A DNA stretch of 64,000 nt from the human T2T-CHM13v2.0 reference genome, Homo sapiens. Below are positions 14,651 to 30,510 of this stretch, piece after piece (the stretch's first letter is position 1; the number at the start of each line of letters is the position of its first letter). Made by a program: the position numbers and the translations under genes. The stretch is taken from NCBI RefSeq assembly GCF_009914755.1, contig NC_060927.1. One strand, given 5' to 3'. The notes beneath the pieces were generated by a model. That model did not search any database. It worked only from the letters and a program-made list of their open reading frames with translations, and was not told where the DNA came from.

Positions 14651-16084
14651 TTAGTTTTGATTTTCATTTCCCTGATGATTAGTGATGTTGAGCATTTTCT
14701 TTCATGTACTGTTTGGCCATTTATATGTCTTCTTTTTAAACTATTTTTAGTTGTTTAAATTTATGGCATAGTATGTCTTCATCTAAGAAATGTCTATTCA
14801 GGTCTTTTCCCCATTTTTAAATTGTGTTTATCTGTTTTCTCGCTATTGAGTTCTTGTTCATTTTCTTATTATTAACTTTTAAGAGTTCATTGTATATTTT
14901 TATTAATAGTCCTTTATTAAATATGCATTTTGCAAATATTTTCTCCCAGTCTATGGCTTGTTTGTTTTCTCATTCTCTTGACAGTGTTCCACAGAGCAGA
15001 AGTTTTCATTTTAATTAAGTCCAGCTTATCAATTATTTATTTCATGGACCATCACTTTGGTGTTGTATCTAAAAAGTCATCACTATGCCCAAAGTCATCT
15101 AGATTCTCTCCTGTGTTGTCTTCTAGGAGTGTTATGGTTTTGCATTTTACATTTCGTTCTATGGTCTATTTTGAATCAGTTTTCATGAAGGGTGTAAAGT
15201 CTGTGTCTAGATTCATTTTTTTCTATGTGTCCAGTTGTTCCAATATCATTTGTTGAAAAGACTATGTTTTCTACATTGTATTACCTTTGCTCCTTTGTCA
15301 AAAATCAGTTGCCTGTATTTATATGTGGGTCTATTTCTGGGATGTCTATTATTCTGTTCTGTTGATCTACTGTCTATTCTTTTGCCAATAACACTGCTTG
15401 GTGCTGTACTTTATAGCAAGTCTTAAAAGTCGAATAGTTTCAATTCTCCAACTTTGCTTTTATCTAATATTGTGTTAGTTATTTTGGGTCTTTTGGGTCT
15501 TTGTATAAACTTTAGAATCAGTTTGTTGAAAACAACAAAATAACTTACTAGGATTTTGACTGGGATTGTGTTGAATCTAGAGAATAAATTAAGAAAAATA
15601 GCTATCTTGATAATAGTGAGTCTTCCTACCCATGAACATGAACTATCTCTTTATTGTTTTAGTTCTTCTTGGATTTCCCTATCAGAGCTTTGTAGTTTCT
15701 TTCATATAGATCTTGTTGCTGCCCTTTTAAAAGTATATACATAGAAAGACATATATGTAATGTGTTGCAATTTATGTTTAAAGTTTTCCCAACTATTTAT
15801 TTTATTACTCTACTTGCATAACATGGTAAAATAAAACCAAGCTATTGGCCAATTTCTGAAAGTTTCCCATAAACAACAATTAGGTGGTGACAATTGCTGT
15901 AAATGGTGGCAACTTTTGATCAAGACTGTCATGGAAGGGCCCTGTAGATATGTTTCATTTCCAACAAGAATATGACATCATGGCTAACATAAACTGTACT
16001 AACATTGATAGTTACAGCTGGTTACAATTCCGAATCTCTTTCATGAAGCTAGCAAGGCAGGTGAAATAATTTTTTAAAGTCTTA

Positions 16085-16525
16085 TAATGGTTAAGATCAA
16101 GAAATATAGAAATACATGGAAAAGTGTTAGGAGTGTTCCTGATTACTGATTAAAGGAGACTAAAGAGACATGACAATTAAATGTAGTGCATTATTCTGGA
16201 CTGGCAGAAACACAGCAATAGAAGGTGAATTAAAATCCATAAACTTTAATATGGATAGTGAACTAGATAATAGTATTGTATCAATGTTAAATTTCCTGAT
16301 TTTGATAATTGCACAGTGCTTATCTAAGAGAATCTCCTAGTACTTTAGAAATACACACTGAAGTATTTAATGGTACAATGTTTCCCTTTTCCAAATGATA
16401 CAGAAAGAATACATACATTTGCATATACAAAGTGAGAATGATAAAGCAAATGCAGACAAATGTACGCAAACTGGGTAAAGAGTATATGAAAATCTGTACG
16501 AGTCCTTGCAATTTTTCTGTAAGTT
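16085..16525 (+). mobile_element. L1MC-type 3' UTR fragment
   Basis: gattaaaggagactaaagagacatgacaattaaatg...gtattgtatcaatgttaaatttcctgattttgataatt. Confidence 0.8.
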
Positions 16526-16526
16526 A

Positions 16527-16856
<330 letters not shown>

Positions 16857-17280
16857 TTACAACTATGTCTTTGACATAGTTTCTTGATTTCATTCTAATA
16901 ATCTAGATTTTTTTTTTTTTTTTATCTCACTCAATAGCTGCAGTTAGACTATTTGGCCTAAATATGTAAACATAAGAGGAAAATTTTTTAAGTATCACAT
17001 ACTGTTCTACCAATACATAGCTGCTAGATGGGATATATAAACTTGAAGAGAAAGAAAAGTTTCTTCATAGAATCTTACACCATTTTGTTCTGCTATTCAT
17101 GATATTAACTCTGATTAAAGATGACAGGGCTGTAAGTAGTTTTTTCCTTTAGTGAAGGAGATCTGGGAGAAGATGGTATATCTCTTTCTTTTCATGAGAA
17201 ATTGGAAGCATTTAGGAGTAAAGGGCTGTGACATCAGCAATTTTACTCACAAATGATCCAGAAAATAAAAATATGAGAGA

Positions 17281-18688
<1,408 letters not shown>

Positions 18689-18739
18689 GCCCATTTTTAA
18701 ATCTATGCTGTTCAGTTGAAATCCTAAAAACGTAACAGA

Positions 18740-19055
18740 AGCTACTTTGCATTGAAAACAGATTACTTTGAGGTTTTCTATTTGCATAAATACTGAGTGA
18801 CTGAGGGCTCTGCAACTGCTGTCTGCAGCTGACCTGATGTAGTGCCCTTTGGCCTCTCCAGACTTCCAGTCTCTGTGTTTACAATATTTATTTTCATGAT
18901 TTCCTTCAGTATTAAGTCAAGGTCAATTAGCATATCATTCCTCACCAAAACAGTGAATAAAGCAGTATGTGGATTGACATTCAGTCCAACCTTTTTTATT
19001 TGCATATTGGTGCCCTCCCTTGCTGTCTATGTAATCAGTCCAGATATAAAAGCAC
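18740..19055. promoter_or_regulatory. Candidate enhancer/promoter: octamer, ERR/NR5A, forkhead and TATA motif cluster
   Basis: ATTTGCAT at 18780-18787 and 18998-19005; TCAAGGTCA at 18917-18925 abutting ATTAGCAT at 18926-18933; TGTTTAC at 18876-18882; TATAAAA at 19045-19051. Apparently non-repetitive DNA. Motif evidence only. Confidence 0.35.
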
Positions 19056-19310
19056 ACTTTCCAGACTAGTAATATTATAAAAAATAATATTAATTAGTAA
19101 TATTACTAATTTATTTTATTGGATTTCAGATATTTAAGATAGCTAATAAGTAATTTATATTTAGTAGAGGATTTGAAAAGGAAGATATGTAATCATATGG
19201 TTATCTATGCTCAGGAATGTTTGGTGAAAAATATTTTGTAAATAATTTAGTGTAAAATATAATCAGTGGAATTAGATGAATATGTTTCAATCAGTGGAGT
19301 ATTTGGGGAC

Positions 19311-19708
19311 TGATATGGTTTGGATATTTGTCCTGCCGAAATCTCACTTTGAAATGTAATCTTCAGTGTTGGAGGTGGGGCCTGATAGGAGGTGTTTGGG
19401 TCATGGGCTAGATCCCTCTTGGCTTGGGGCTATCCTCACGGTAGTGAGTGTGTACTCCTGAGGTCTGGTTATTTAAAAGTGTGGCACCTCCCCTCCCTTG
19501 CTCCCACTGTCACCATGTGACGTGGCTGCTCCTGTTTCACTTTCTGCCATGAGCAAAAGCTCCTTGAGGGCCCCATCAAAAGCTAAGCAGATGTTAGTGC
19601 CATGCATATGCAGACTACAGAACCGTGAGCCAATTAAACTTCTTTTCTTATTAAATTATCCAGTCTCAGGTATTTCTTTACAGCAATGCAAAGACTGGTC
19701 TAGCACAA
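19311..19708 (+). mobile_element. MaLR solo LTR (MSTA/MSTB-like)
   Basis: tgatatggtttggatatttgtc...aattatccagtctcaggtatttctttacagcaatgc. Confidence 0.92.
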
Positions 19709-20005
19709 GAGCATAGGCATTATAAAAAAGAAACGTTTGTATAGTTTCTACAGTTTTGTAGTCAAAAAGTGAAGTGAGACAAGAAAAGAGGTGGGATCTG
19801 ACCAAGGGTGATGGAGATCTTGACTGAAAACAGGTTGCATAACCATATGATTGCATGCTAATGACTTCTGCCCGTGTGAATTATATTGTAATGGGCAATG
19901 TTGCAGGAAAATAAAATAAGTTGTATACCAGAGGTAATGGAGCACTTAGGGGTTTATTGGAAATATGTCATTAGACAAAGTTTGAGGAAAAGACTTAAAA
20001 ATTAA

Positions 20006-20316
20006 GGCTGGGCACAGGTGGCTCACTCCTGTAATCCTAGAGCTTTAGGAGGCTGAGGTGGGAGAATCGATCACTTGAGGCCAGGAGTTTGACACTAGCC
20101 TAGGCAACATAGTGAGAACTATGTCTCTGCAAAAAATAAAAAAAATTAGCCAGGTATGATGGTGTCTGCTTTTAATCCCAGCTACTCAGGAGGCTGAAGC
20201 AGGAGGACTGCTTTGAGCCCAGGAGTTTGTGCCTGCAGTGAGCTATGATCACACCACCATACTCCTGCCTGGGCAATAGAGTAAGACCCTACACCTATAA
20301 TATATATATATATATG
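20006..20316 (+). mobile_element. AluJ-like with a (TA)n tail
   Basis: gaggccaggagtttga..ggcaacatagtgaga; gcagtgagctatgatc. Confidence 0.93.
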
Positions 20317-20942
20317 TATTAAATTATCTGGCATAGATTTTAGATAAAAGGAATATACTGCACCTGTGAGTTCCTCAGTATCTTGGCCACCATGTGCACC
20401 TATTGTTTCTTCCCCTGGTGTAGTTACAACCTGTGGAAACCAACCAAGAATCTGTGGATCCATATGCACTCACTTGTCTTGCTTATCAGTGCTACCATAT
20501 GGAGAAAATCTGGAAAGGGGGACAACGAAGCTTCCTATTCTCACTGCTTTTGAGCATTGACTTGATATGAACATGAGAGGAGCTGGCTATTCTGGCTATT
20601 TCCCCAGTCCTTACAGGAGATGGGAGACCAAGGTGAGATGGTTCAAACTCAAAAAAGAAAACATTCTCCTGTAAGATGGGCTTTGATAATAAATAGAACA
20701 AGAAGTCATTGAGCAATCTTCCCTATTTGCCAAGAGCTGACTCCTGCTCTGCACAGAATAGCTTTGTCCAACTAAAGAGATAAACATCTGTGAGAATACA
20801 TACATTATAATTTATTTTCTACGTCCAATAATGTCATTTGATAAATCAGTTTTGCGCCAATAGTTCATTCTCTTAGCTCTCCAAGCTTCTTTGTCATTAA
20901 TTTTGTTGCGTGAATTTCCAAGATTTGTTAACAACAATGTAA

Positions 20943-21238
<296 letters not shown>

Positions 21239-21610
21239 AACAATAATGGAATTTATTCCTGTTTTTGTTACCTAGAGTGCAACGTTGAATGATGTTTTTC
21301 TAGTTTGGGTCTCTTCTCCTATGTTTGTAACAAGACTTACTAGCTTTATTAGAAGTCATTATTTTGCACTAATTCAAGAAAGACACACAATAGATTTTTA
21401 CCAGCAAGGTCACTGCTCCTTTTTGAAAACAAAATTACATTTTGATGAATTTATACCAGTAATTGACAAAGTTTTAGAACAGACTATATACTGTGGACTA
21501 GGGAAAAATGAATTTCTGAGCTCCCCACGAAATGTCCAAATAGTCATAGTCATATAAAAAATCTAGTTGTATACACATATCCATTATATATTTGTCCTAA
21601 AGATCTGTGA

Positions 21611-21946
<336 letters not shown>

Positions 21947-22112
21947 AAGAGATCCTTGTTTCAATCCACTTTTAAAAGTCTTAAGTCCCCTCACCGTCCA
22001 TAAAACAGTTTTTTCCTCTCCAGAAAGGGATGGGGAAGGGATGAAAGTTAAAATTTGAGGACAGCTGTTAACTACGTTTCTCAAGAAAGTCACATTAAAA
22101 TCTCTGAACATC

Positions 22113-22445
<333 letters not shown>

Positions 22446-22499
22446 CTATTTTATTGTTACAAATTAAACATTTAATACTTGCACATGACTTCAAAAAAA

Positions 22500-23148
22500 C
22501 TGTTGCAAAATTTGTGGCAAATAGTTGGGCAGTTCCTCAAAAAGTTCAGTATAGAGTTACTATGTGACTCAGCAATTCTACTCCTAGGTATATACCCAAG
22601 AGAAATAAAAATAGACAAAAATGTGTATGCAGATTTCATAACAGTATTATTCATGATAGCCAAAGAGAAAAACGACCCAAATGTCCATCAACTGATGAGT
22701 TAATAGAGAAAATATGGTATATTCATACAATGAAATATTACTCATCCATAAAAAGGTAGGGAGCAGTGATACATGCTACAACATGAACCATGAGAATACA
22801 CTAAGTGAAAGATGCCACCATAAAAGACTGCATATTGTATGATTCCATTTATATGAAATACCCAGAATAGGCAAATCCACAGGACAGAAATTAGATTAGT
22901 GGTGCCTATGAGCTGGGAATTCCCTAGAGGGAGAATGGAGAGTGACTGCTAAAGGATGTGGGGTTTCTTTTGTGGCGACAAAAATGTTCTGAAATTAGAT
23001 AGTGATGATGGTGGCACACCTCTCTGAATATACTAAAAAAAACATTGAATTGTGCACTTTCAATGAGTGACCTTTTTTTAAGACAGCAGACTTAGGATGA
23101 GTTTTATGGTATATAAATCATAACCCAATGAAACTGTTATTTTTTAAA
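22500..23148 (+). mobile_element. L1MB-type 3' end
   Basis: cagcaattctactcctaggtatatacccaagagaaat...tgattccatttatatgaaatacccagaataggcaaatcc...gagtgactgctaa. Confidence 0.9.
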
Positions 23149-23424
23149 ATGTGCTAACTTTTTATTTAATAATGCAACTAAAGAGCAGAGAGGAACTTGC
23201 TCATGAAGCTAAGCTCAAGTGGGTAGTGGAGTTATGATTGGATGTCATCCCTGCCAATCTTTACTGCCCTAAGCGGGGTTATATTGGGGGTTGGAGCAAA
23301 CATCTCCTTTAAAGCCAGTGTCTGGTTGAGAGGATAATCTCCCCTTCCCTAATGCCTTCCCCTCAAAAAAGTTGGAGGATCTCACAGCAGAGGTTTAAGG
23401 ATTATTTAAGAAAAGGACTGAAAC

Positions 23425-23763
<339 letters not shown>

Positions 23764-23783
23764 TCATTATGATTTTCCGTTAA

Positions 23784-23961
23784 GCAGTTGTTCTCAACCT
23801 TGTCAGCATGTTGGAATCACCTGGGGAGTTTTAACAATACCAATGCCTGGGTCCCACCTCCAGAGATTCTGACTTACCTGTTCTGAGGTGTGGCCTGAGG
23901 ACTGGAACTTTAAAAGCTCCCCAAGTGATTCCAGTGTGCAAGCAAGGTTGGGGGGCATTGC
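23784..23961. mobile_element. MER5A-like hAT MITE
   Basis: cagttgttctcaacctt...gaatcacctggggag...aagctccccaagtgattc; internal inverted symmetry. Confidence 0.88.
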
Positions 23962-24682
23962 CATGGAGAAAAAGGAGCAGCAGAATATTTCACTAATTAC
24001 TGTTTCTTTGGAGTTCTGAAATTTCCACTTATTGTTCATTTTTAAAGGCTTGAAATTGGGCTTAGCCCAAATAAATGATGTTGACAAATGCCTAGAATAG
24101 CTAAATTATTCTTAGTAGTAGTATTTCAGTTACTGTTTTCATTACTAACTTTTGGCTTCCAAGAGCCATGTTATTAAGTTTGACAAAAGTAAACAATCAC
24201 ATAGAAATAACTCCAAAACACTCTGGCAAAGATAATCTATATCTGGTTAACTGAACTTTAGTCAAAATGAGCAGTTCAGATCCTTCTTTAAGACTGAAAT
24301 TGCTGATGTACCTTCAGAACAGTGTAGAAAAAAAAGACTGTAATACTTATAAGAACGTAATCAGCTTTCTCAGAAAGTCACAGTTAATCTTTTATTTCAA
24401 AAGAATGAGTAATATTGTTTATTGCTTTTTCTTCAGAAAACTCCAAAGTGCTTGAGAACCACAAACCAATGCTTCTGAAATCATACCTTCAGAAACACTT
24501 TTAGTGGCTCATCATTTCCATCAACAGTGAACTATGCCCGAGGCCACATCTGTAAAGCTTTTTATGGTTCCTTTGACTTATTTAAATGTATTTTTTAAAT
24601 CAAAATTTTACTTGTAAATGTGAACATTTATGTATACATATTGTATTTCAATAAAATATTTTAATTATACACATGAATAATA

Positions 24683-24926
24683 ATTTTTTTTTTCCCAGAC
24701 AGAGTTTTGCCCTTACTTCCCAGGCTGGAATGCAATGGCACGATCTCGGCTCACTGCAACCCCCGCCTCCCAGTTCAAGCGATTCTCCTGTCTCAGCCTC
24801 CCAAGTAGCTGGGATTACAGGCATGTGCCACCAGACCTGGCTAATTTTGTCTTTTTAGTAGAGATGGGATTACACCATGTTGGCTACACCGGTCTCAAAC
24901 TCCTGACCTCGGGTGATCTGCCCACC
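24683..24926 (-). mobile_element. Alu, 5'-truncated
   Basis: Flanked by the direct repeat catgaataat. Confidence 0.94.
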
Positions 24927-24949
24927 ATGAATAATTTTTAAAGGTCAAA

Positions 24950-26208
24950 TAGTTCAATAAACTTGACAGTAAAAAATAGCACACCTTTCCCCATTTTTCC
25001 TTTCCACTCCCCATAAGTAACCTGTTTAAGCATTTTTTTTTTTGGTACTTACTACCATATTTCTAAATACCAGTTTATGAGGCCATTTTTAAAAATTTTT
25101 CAAAATTAAATATTAGCTATTCTTTTCCAAATGGAAATTCAGAATTTATTTTTCTTACATTTCCATTTTCCTTTCCTCACTTTCACTTCCTCTCATCCCA
25201 TTTTTCCAATATATTTAAATCACAATTTGTGGTTAGCTTAATATTCATAGTAATTTTATTATGAACTATGTAACTGTTTATTACTGAGCCACATAGAAAA
25301 TTGTGATTATATCTCCTTTCTGTGCAATTTTTTGTGCATGCAACCTGTGAATATATAATTGCCTTGGTTTTTTGTTTAATATTTCACATATTTAGCATTA
25401 ATTCATTCTCAAAATATTTGTGAGAATCATAAAACTTTTCCCAATGGCTATAAACACATAGAAGTTTATCAGTGCAATTGCTTGATATTTCTCCTGGAGC
25501 CCTCTGTTCTGTCCTAGCCTAGGCTGATTGCTTTCTAGGTGGGCTACACAGCTGTCTTGACTTCATTTTACTAAAATTCAAGGAATTCCCTTCTCTGGTT
25601 TATTGTATCTTGGATTCTGTAGTTTTCTCCTTCTTGGTTTATACCTGCATATTGTCTGGATTCTATAGTTTTCTCCTTCTTGGTTTATACCTGTATTTTG
25701 TGAGGCATATCCTCCACTGGAAGATAAATTATTTAAGACCTAGTATTTCTAACTGCATTTATTCTACACTTACTATTGAGTGGTTTGTCTATAGAATTCT
25801 ATGTTGTAAATAACTTTATCTTGCATTTTAGAAGACATTGCTCAAAGTCTTCTGGATTTCAGTGTTTTCACTGAGCAGTTGTAGAATGCTTTATTTCAAT
25901 TGTAGTAAACTTTCAAGATGATGTATCTTGACATAGTTCATTGTAATGTATTTTTCCAGGCACTCATTAACCCTTGCAATCTGGAAATCCATGTCCTTTA
26001 ATTTGGAGAAATTTTGTCTTAACTCTTTGAAAATGTCTCCCCTCTATTTGCTCTGTTTTCTCTTTCCAGAACTCTTATTTGTTGGATGTTGGACTTCCTG
26101 GACTAGATGCCCTCACTAATTTTCATATTTTTTTCTTCTATTTTTCCATATCTTTGATTTTTGTTCTGCTTTCTAGGGGACTTCCTCTGTTGTAATTTTC
26201 AACCTTTC
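24950..26208 (-). mobile_element. Very old L1 (L1ME-type) fragments
   Basis: T-rich decayed L1 sequence, e.g. caatctggaaatccatgtcc...ttggatgttggacttcctggac. Confidence 0.6.
25611..25695. repeat. 46-bp tandem duplication
   Basis: tggattct(g/a)tagttttctccttcttggtttatacctg begins at 25611 and again at 25657. Confidence 0.92.
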
Positions 26209-26209
26209 T

Positions 26210-27872
26210 ATTGCAAAGGGCCTACAGGTCCCATGCAAGTTTGAAATCCAATAGGGCAGTCATTGAAACTTAAAGTTCCAAAATGATTTCCTTTGACTCC
26301 ATGTCTCACATCCATGTCATGCCGATGCAAGAACTTGGCTCCCATGGCCTTAGGAAGCTCCACTTCTGTGACTTTGCAGGGTACAGCACCCCTCCCAGGT
26401 GCTTTCATGGGCTGGCGTTGAGTGTCTGCAGCTTTTCCAGGTGCACACTGCAAGCTGTTGGTGGATCTACCATTCTGGGGTCTGTAGGATGGTGGCCCTC
26501 TTCTCACAGCTCCACTAGGCAGTGCCCCAGTGGAGACTCTATGTGTGGGTTCCCACCCCACATTTCCCTTCTGCACTGTCCTAGTAGAGGTTCTCCATGA
26601 GGGCTCCACCCCTACAGCACATCTCTGCCTGGCCATCCAGGTATTTCCATACATCCTCTGAAATCTGGGAGGAGGTTCCCAAACTTTAATTCTTGACTTC
26701 TGTGTACCTGCAGGCCCAGCACCACATGTAAGCCACCAAAGCCTGGAACTTGCATCCTCTGAAGCAACAGCCTGAGCTGTACATTGGCCCCTTTTAGCCA
26801 CAGCTGGAGCTGAAGCAGCTGGGACGCAGCACATCATATTGCATAGAGCAGGGGAGCTGCATAGAGAAGCGGGGGGCCCTGGGCCCAGCCCACAGAATTA
26901 TTTTTGCCTCCTAGACCTCCAGGCTTGTGATGGGAGGGGCTGCCATGAAGGTCTCTGACATGCCCTGGAGACACTTTCCCCATTGTCTTGGTGATTAACA
27001 TTTGGCTTCTCTTTACTTATGTAAATTTATGCAGCAGGCTTGAATTTCTCCCCAGAAAATGGGGTTTTCTTTTCTATTGCATCATCAGGCTGCAAATTTT
27101 CTGAAATTTTATGCTCTGCTTCCTCTTGAACACTTTGTTACTTAGAAATTCCTTCTGCCAGATACCCTAAATCGTCTCTCTCAAGTTCAAAGTTCCACAG
27201 ATCTCTAGGGCAGAGGCAAAAGGCTGCCAGTCTCTTTGCATAGCAAGAGTGACCTTTACTCCAGTTCCCAAGAAGTTCCTCATTTCCACCTGAAACCACC
27301 TCAGCCTGGACTTTATTGGCCATATCACTATCAGCATTTTGGTCAAAGCCATTCAACAAGTCTCTAGGAAGTTCCAAACTTTCCCACATTTTCCTGCCTT
27401 CTTCTGAGCCCTCCAAACTATTCCAACCTCTGCCCGTTACCCAGTTCCAAAGTCACTTCCACATTTCAGGTATCCTTACAGTACCACCCCACTCCTGGTA
27501 CCAATTTACTGTATTAGTACATTTTCATACTGCTTTGAAGAAATACCTGAGACTGGGTAATTTATAAAGAAAAACAGGTTTAATGGACTTAGAATTTGAC
27601 ATGGCTGGGGAGGCCACAAAATCATGGTGGAAGGCAAAGTGGGGGCAAAGGCACATCTTACATGGCAGCAAGCAAGAGAGCATGTGCAGGGGAACTGCCC
27701 TTTATAAAACCATCAGATCTCATGAGACTTTTTCGCTATCATGAGAATAGTGTAGGAAAAACCCATCCCCATGATTCAATTACCTCCCACTGGTCCCTCC
27801 CATGACATGTGGGGATTACGGGAGCTATAATTCAAGATGAGATTTGGGTGGGGACACAGCCAAACCATATCA
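26210..27872 (-). mobile_element. THE1 (THE1D-like) MaLR provirus: 5' LTR 27510-27872 plus about 1.3 kb of internal region; 3' end and 3' LTR missing
   Basis: LTR tgtattagt...gggacacagccaaaccatatca. The internal region begins gtaaattggtacc on the minus strand. ORFs 27138-27416 (WESLELPRDLLNGFDQNADSDM) and 26208-26837 are pieces of the MaLR internal ORF. Confidence 0.95.
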
Positions 27873-28296
27873 CTCCCCAAATTGAACTCTGAATTCAGTG
27901 CAATTCCAATAAAAATCCCAGCAGGATTTTATACAGAATTTGACAAGCTGATTCTAAAATTCAAATGAAAATGCAAAGGTCCTACAACAGCTAAAATCAC
28001 TTTGAGAAAGAAGAACAAAGCTGGAAGACTAACACCACTTACTTTCAAAAGGAATAAAGCTATGGACATCAAGACAGGGTGGTATTGGCATGAAGAGAGA
28101 CAAATAGAGCAATGGAACAGGATAGAAAGAAGAGAAATAGACCCATACATATATGGACAACTGATTTCCCCAAAGTATGCAGAGGCAATTCGGTGGAGAA
28201 ATTATAGTCTTTTCAACAAATGCCTCCACAGGAACAATTGGGCATCCATATGCATGAAACAAAAACAAAACAAAAAAATTAAAAAACAAAGCCTTT

Positions 28297-28590
28297 GGCC
28301 AAGCACAGTGGCTTACATCTGTAATCCCAGCACTTTAGGAAGCTGAGGTTGGAGGACTGCTTGAGGCTTGGAACTCAAGACTAGCCTGGGCAACATAGTG
28401 AGATCCCATCTCTTAAAAAAAGAAAAAACCTGGGTGTGGTGGTGTGCACTGGTAGTCCTAACTACTCAGGAGGCTGAGGTAGGAGGATAACTTGAGCCTA
28501 GGAGTTGGAGGCTGCAGTGGGCTAGGATTGCACCACTGCACGCCAACCTGGGTGACAAAGCCAGATTCTGTCTCAAAAAAATTTTAAAAA
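28297..28590 (+). mobile_element. AluJ-like
   Basis: Diverged dimer with the ggcaacatagtgaga diagnostic. Confidence 0.93.
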
Positions 28591-28786
28591 TTAAAAATTA
28601 AAAAAATTTCAATTAATGGCTTTTACCCTATACAAAAATTAACTCAAAATGGATCGGGACATAAATATAAAACTATAACGCTCCCAGGAGAAAACATTAA
28701 GAGAAAATTTTTGTGACTTTGGATTAGGCAAAGACTGCTTAAATATAATGTCAAAAGCACAATCCATAAAAGAATAAATTGATAGA

Positions 28787-29090
28787 GGCTGGGTGCAGTG
28801 GCTCATGCCTGTAATCCTAGCACTTTGGGAGGCCACAGCAGGCAGATCACCTCAGGTCAGGAGTTTGAGACCAGCCTGCCCAACGTGTTGAAACCCCATC
28901 TGTACTAAAAATACAAAAATTAGCTGGGCTTGGTGGCACAGGCCTGTAATCCCAGCTACTTAGGAGGCTGAGGCAGGAAGATCGCTTGAACCCTAGAAGC
29001 CAAGGTTGCAGTGAGTTGAGATTGCACCACTGCACTACAGCTTGGGCAAGAGAGTGAGACTTCATCTCAAAAAAAAAAAAGAAGAAGAAA
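28787..29090 (+). mobile_element. Alu (AluS-like)
   Basis: Dimer; TSD core ataaattg. Confidence 0.96.
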
Positions 29091-30510
29091 TTTATAAATT
29101 GGACTTCAACAACATTTAAAATGTTCTACTCTTCAAGAGACACTGTTAAGAGCATGGAAAGCCAAGCCATAGACTCAGAGAAAATATTTTCAAAGTAAAA
29201 TTATGATAAAGAGCCATATCTAAATTATATTAAGAACTCTCTAGTGCCAATAATAGAAAAACAAACAACACAGTTAAAATATGGGCAAAATATCTGAACA
29301 TACGTGTCACCAAAGAAGACATATGGATGAAAAGATGCTCAACATCTTTAGTCATTAGGAAGATGTAAATTAAAATCAGAATGAGATACCATTGCAGACT
29401 TATTAAAATAAATAAAATTTAAAAGACTGACTATACCAACTGTTGTCAAGGATGTTTCTACACTGCTGGACAATAATCACTTTGGAAACCAACTTGGCAA
29501 TTTCTTAAAAGTTAAACACATACCTATCATACAATCCCGCCATTCCAATCCTAAGTAGTTACCCAATGGAAGTGAAAGCATATATCCATACAAAGATTTG
29601 TTCACAAATATACGTAGGAAGTTTATGTAAAAGCCCAAAACAGGAAATAATTCAAATGTTCATCAAATAATGGATAAACAGAGTGTGGTATGTCCATACA
29701 ACAAAATGTTATTCCACAATAAAGAGGAATGGACTATTGATACCTTCTACATCTCAACTCTAAAATAATTATGCTGAATGATAGAAGCCAGACATGAAAG
29801 ATTACAAACTGTATGATTTCATTTTTATGAAATTCTAGGATGGAAACCAATGTATAGTGACCAGAAAGCAGATCAGTGGGTGCCTGGGAAAGGGTATTGG
29901 ATGGGGAAGAATCTGAAGAAGGGTTTACAAAGGGAAACAAGGAAACTTTTGGGGATTATAGGTAAGTTCATTATCTTGATTTTAATGGTGGAGATGGATA
30001 TACACATATATACACACACACACACGCATGCACTTATAAAACTGTGCACTTTAAATATGTATAGTTTGTATGTCAAGTGTACCTCAATAAATCCATTAAA
30101 AATTCAAGTATAGTTGTTTTGGTGAAGTTTTAGAATGTAGCAAAATAAATAGATACGGTTCATTTGTCATGTTTAACTAAAAATCGAATCACATAACTTT
30201 TTGAATAATTCTATTCTCATTTCAAAAACCACCCTTTTTTTGCTTTTGCTTTTTTGCTTGCTCTCTTTCTGTCTATCGCTCATTAATACTTCCATTCATG
30301 TATGCCCCACCTTGTTCATTTATGCCCCATCTTGTTCTCCAATCCAACTAAGTTCTGGGTTGGGTACTAGGGATTGGCCCCAGTGCAGTAAATTACCAAG
30401 AGTGGTTGGAATGTTATTGCCCAAGGATTAATTCCTAAGTTGAATCAGGTATAGATCTGTCTCTGAAGCAAGAAAATAGACTAAGCAATCGTTCAGGTTC
30501 TTTTCTCTTT

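Larger units (their letters stand above)
27873..30105 (+). mobile_element. Old L1 (L1MC/MD-type) ORF2 3' part and 3' UTR, with two Alu insertions
   Basis: ORF 28002-28346 contains KTGWYWHEERQIEQWNRIE, the L1 ORF2 motif. Confidence 0.92.

Noticed and set aside
21285-21557. 90-aa ORF in unique sequence
   Set aside because: TTG start, no recognisable homology or splice context; length compatible with chance.
26208-26837. 209-aa ORF as a host gene
   Set aside because: Part of the THE1/MaLR internal ORF, broken by frameshifts upstream.
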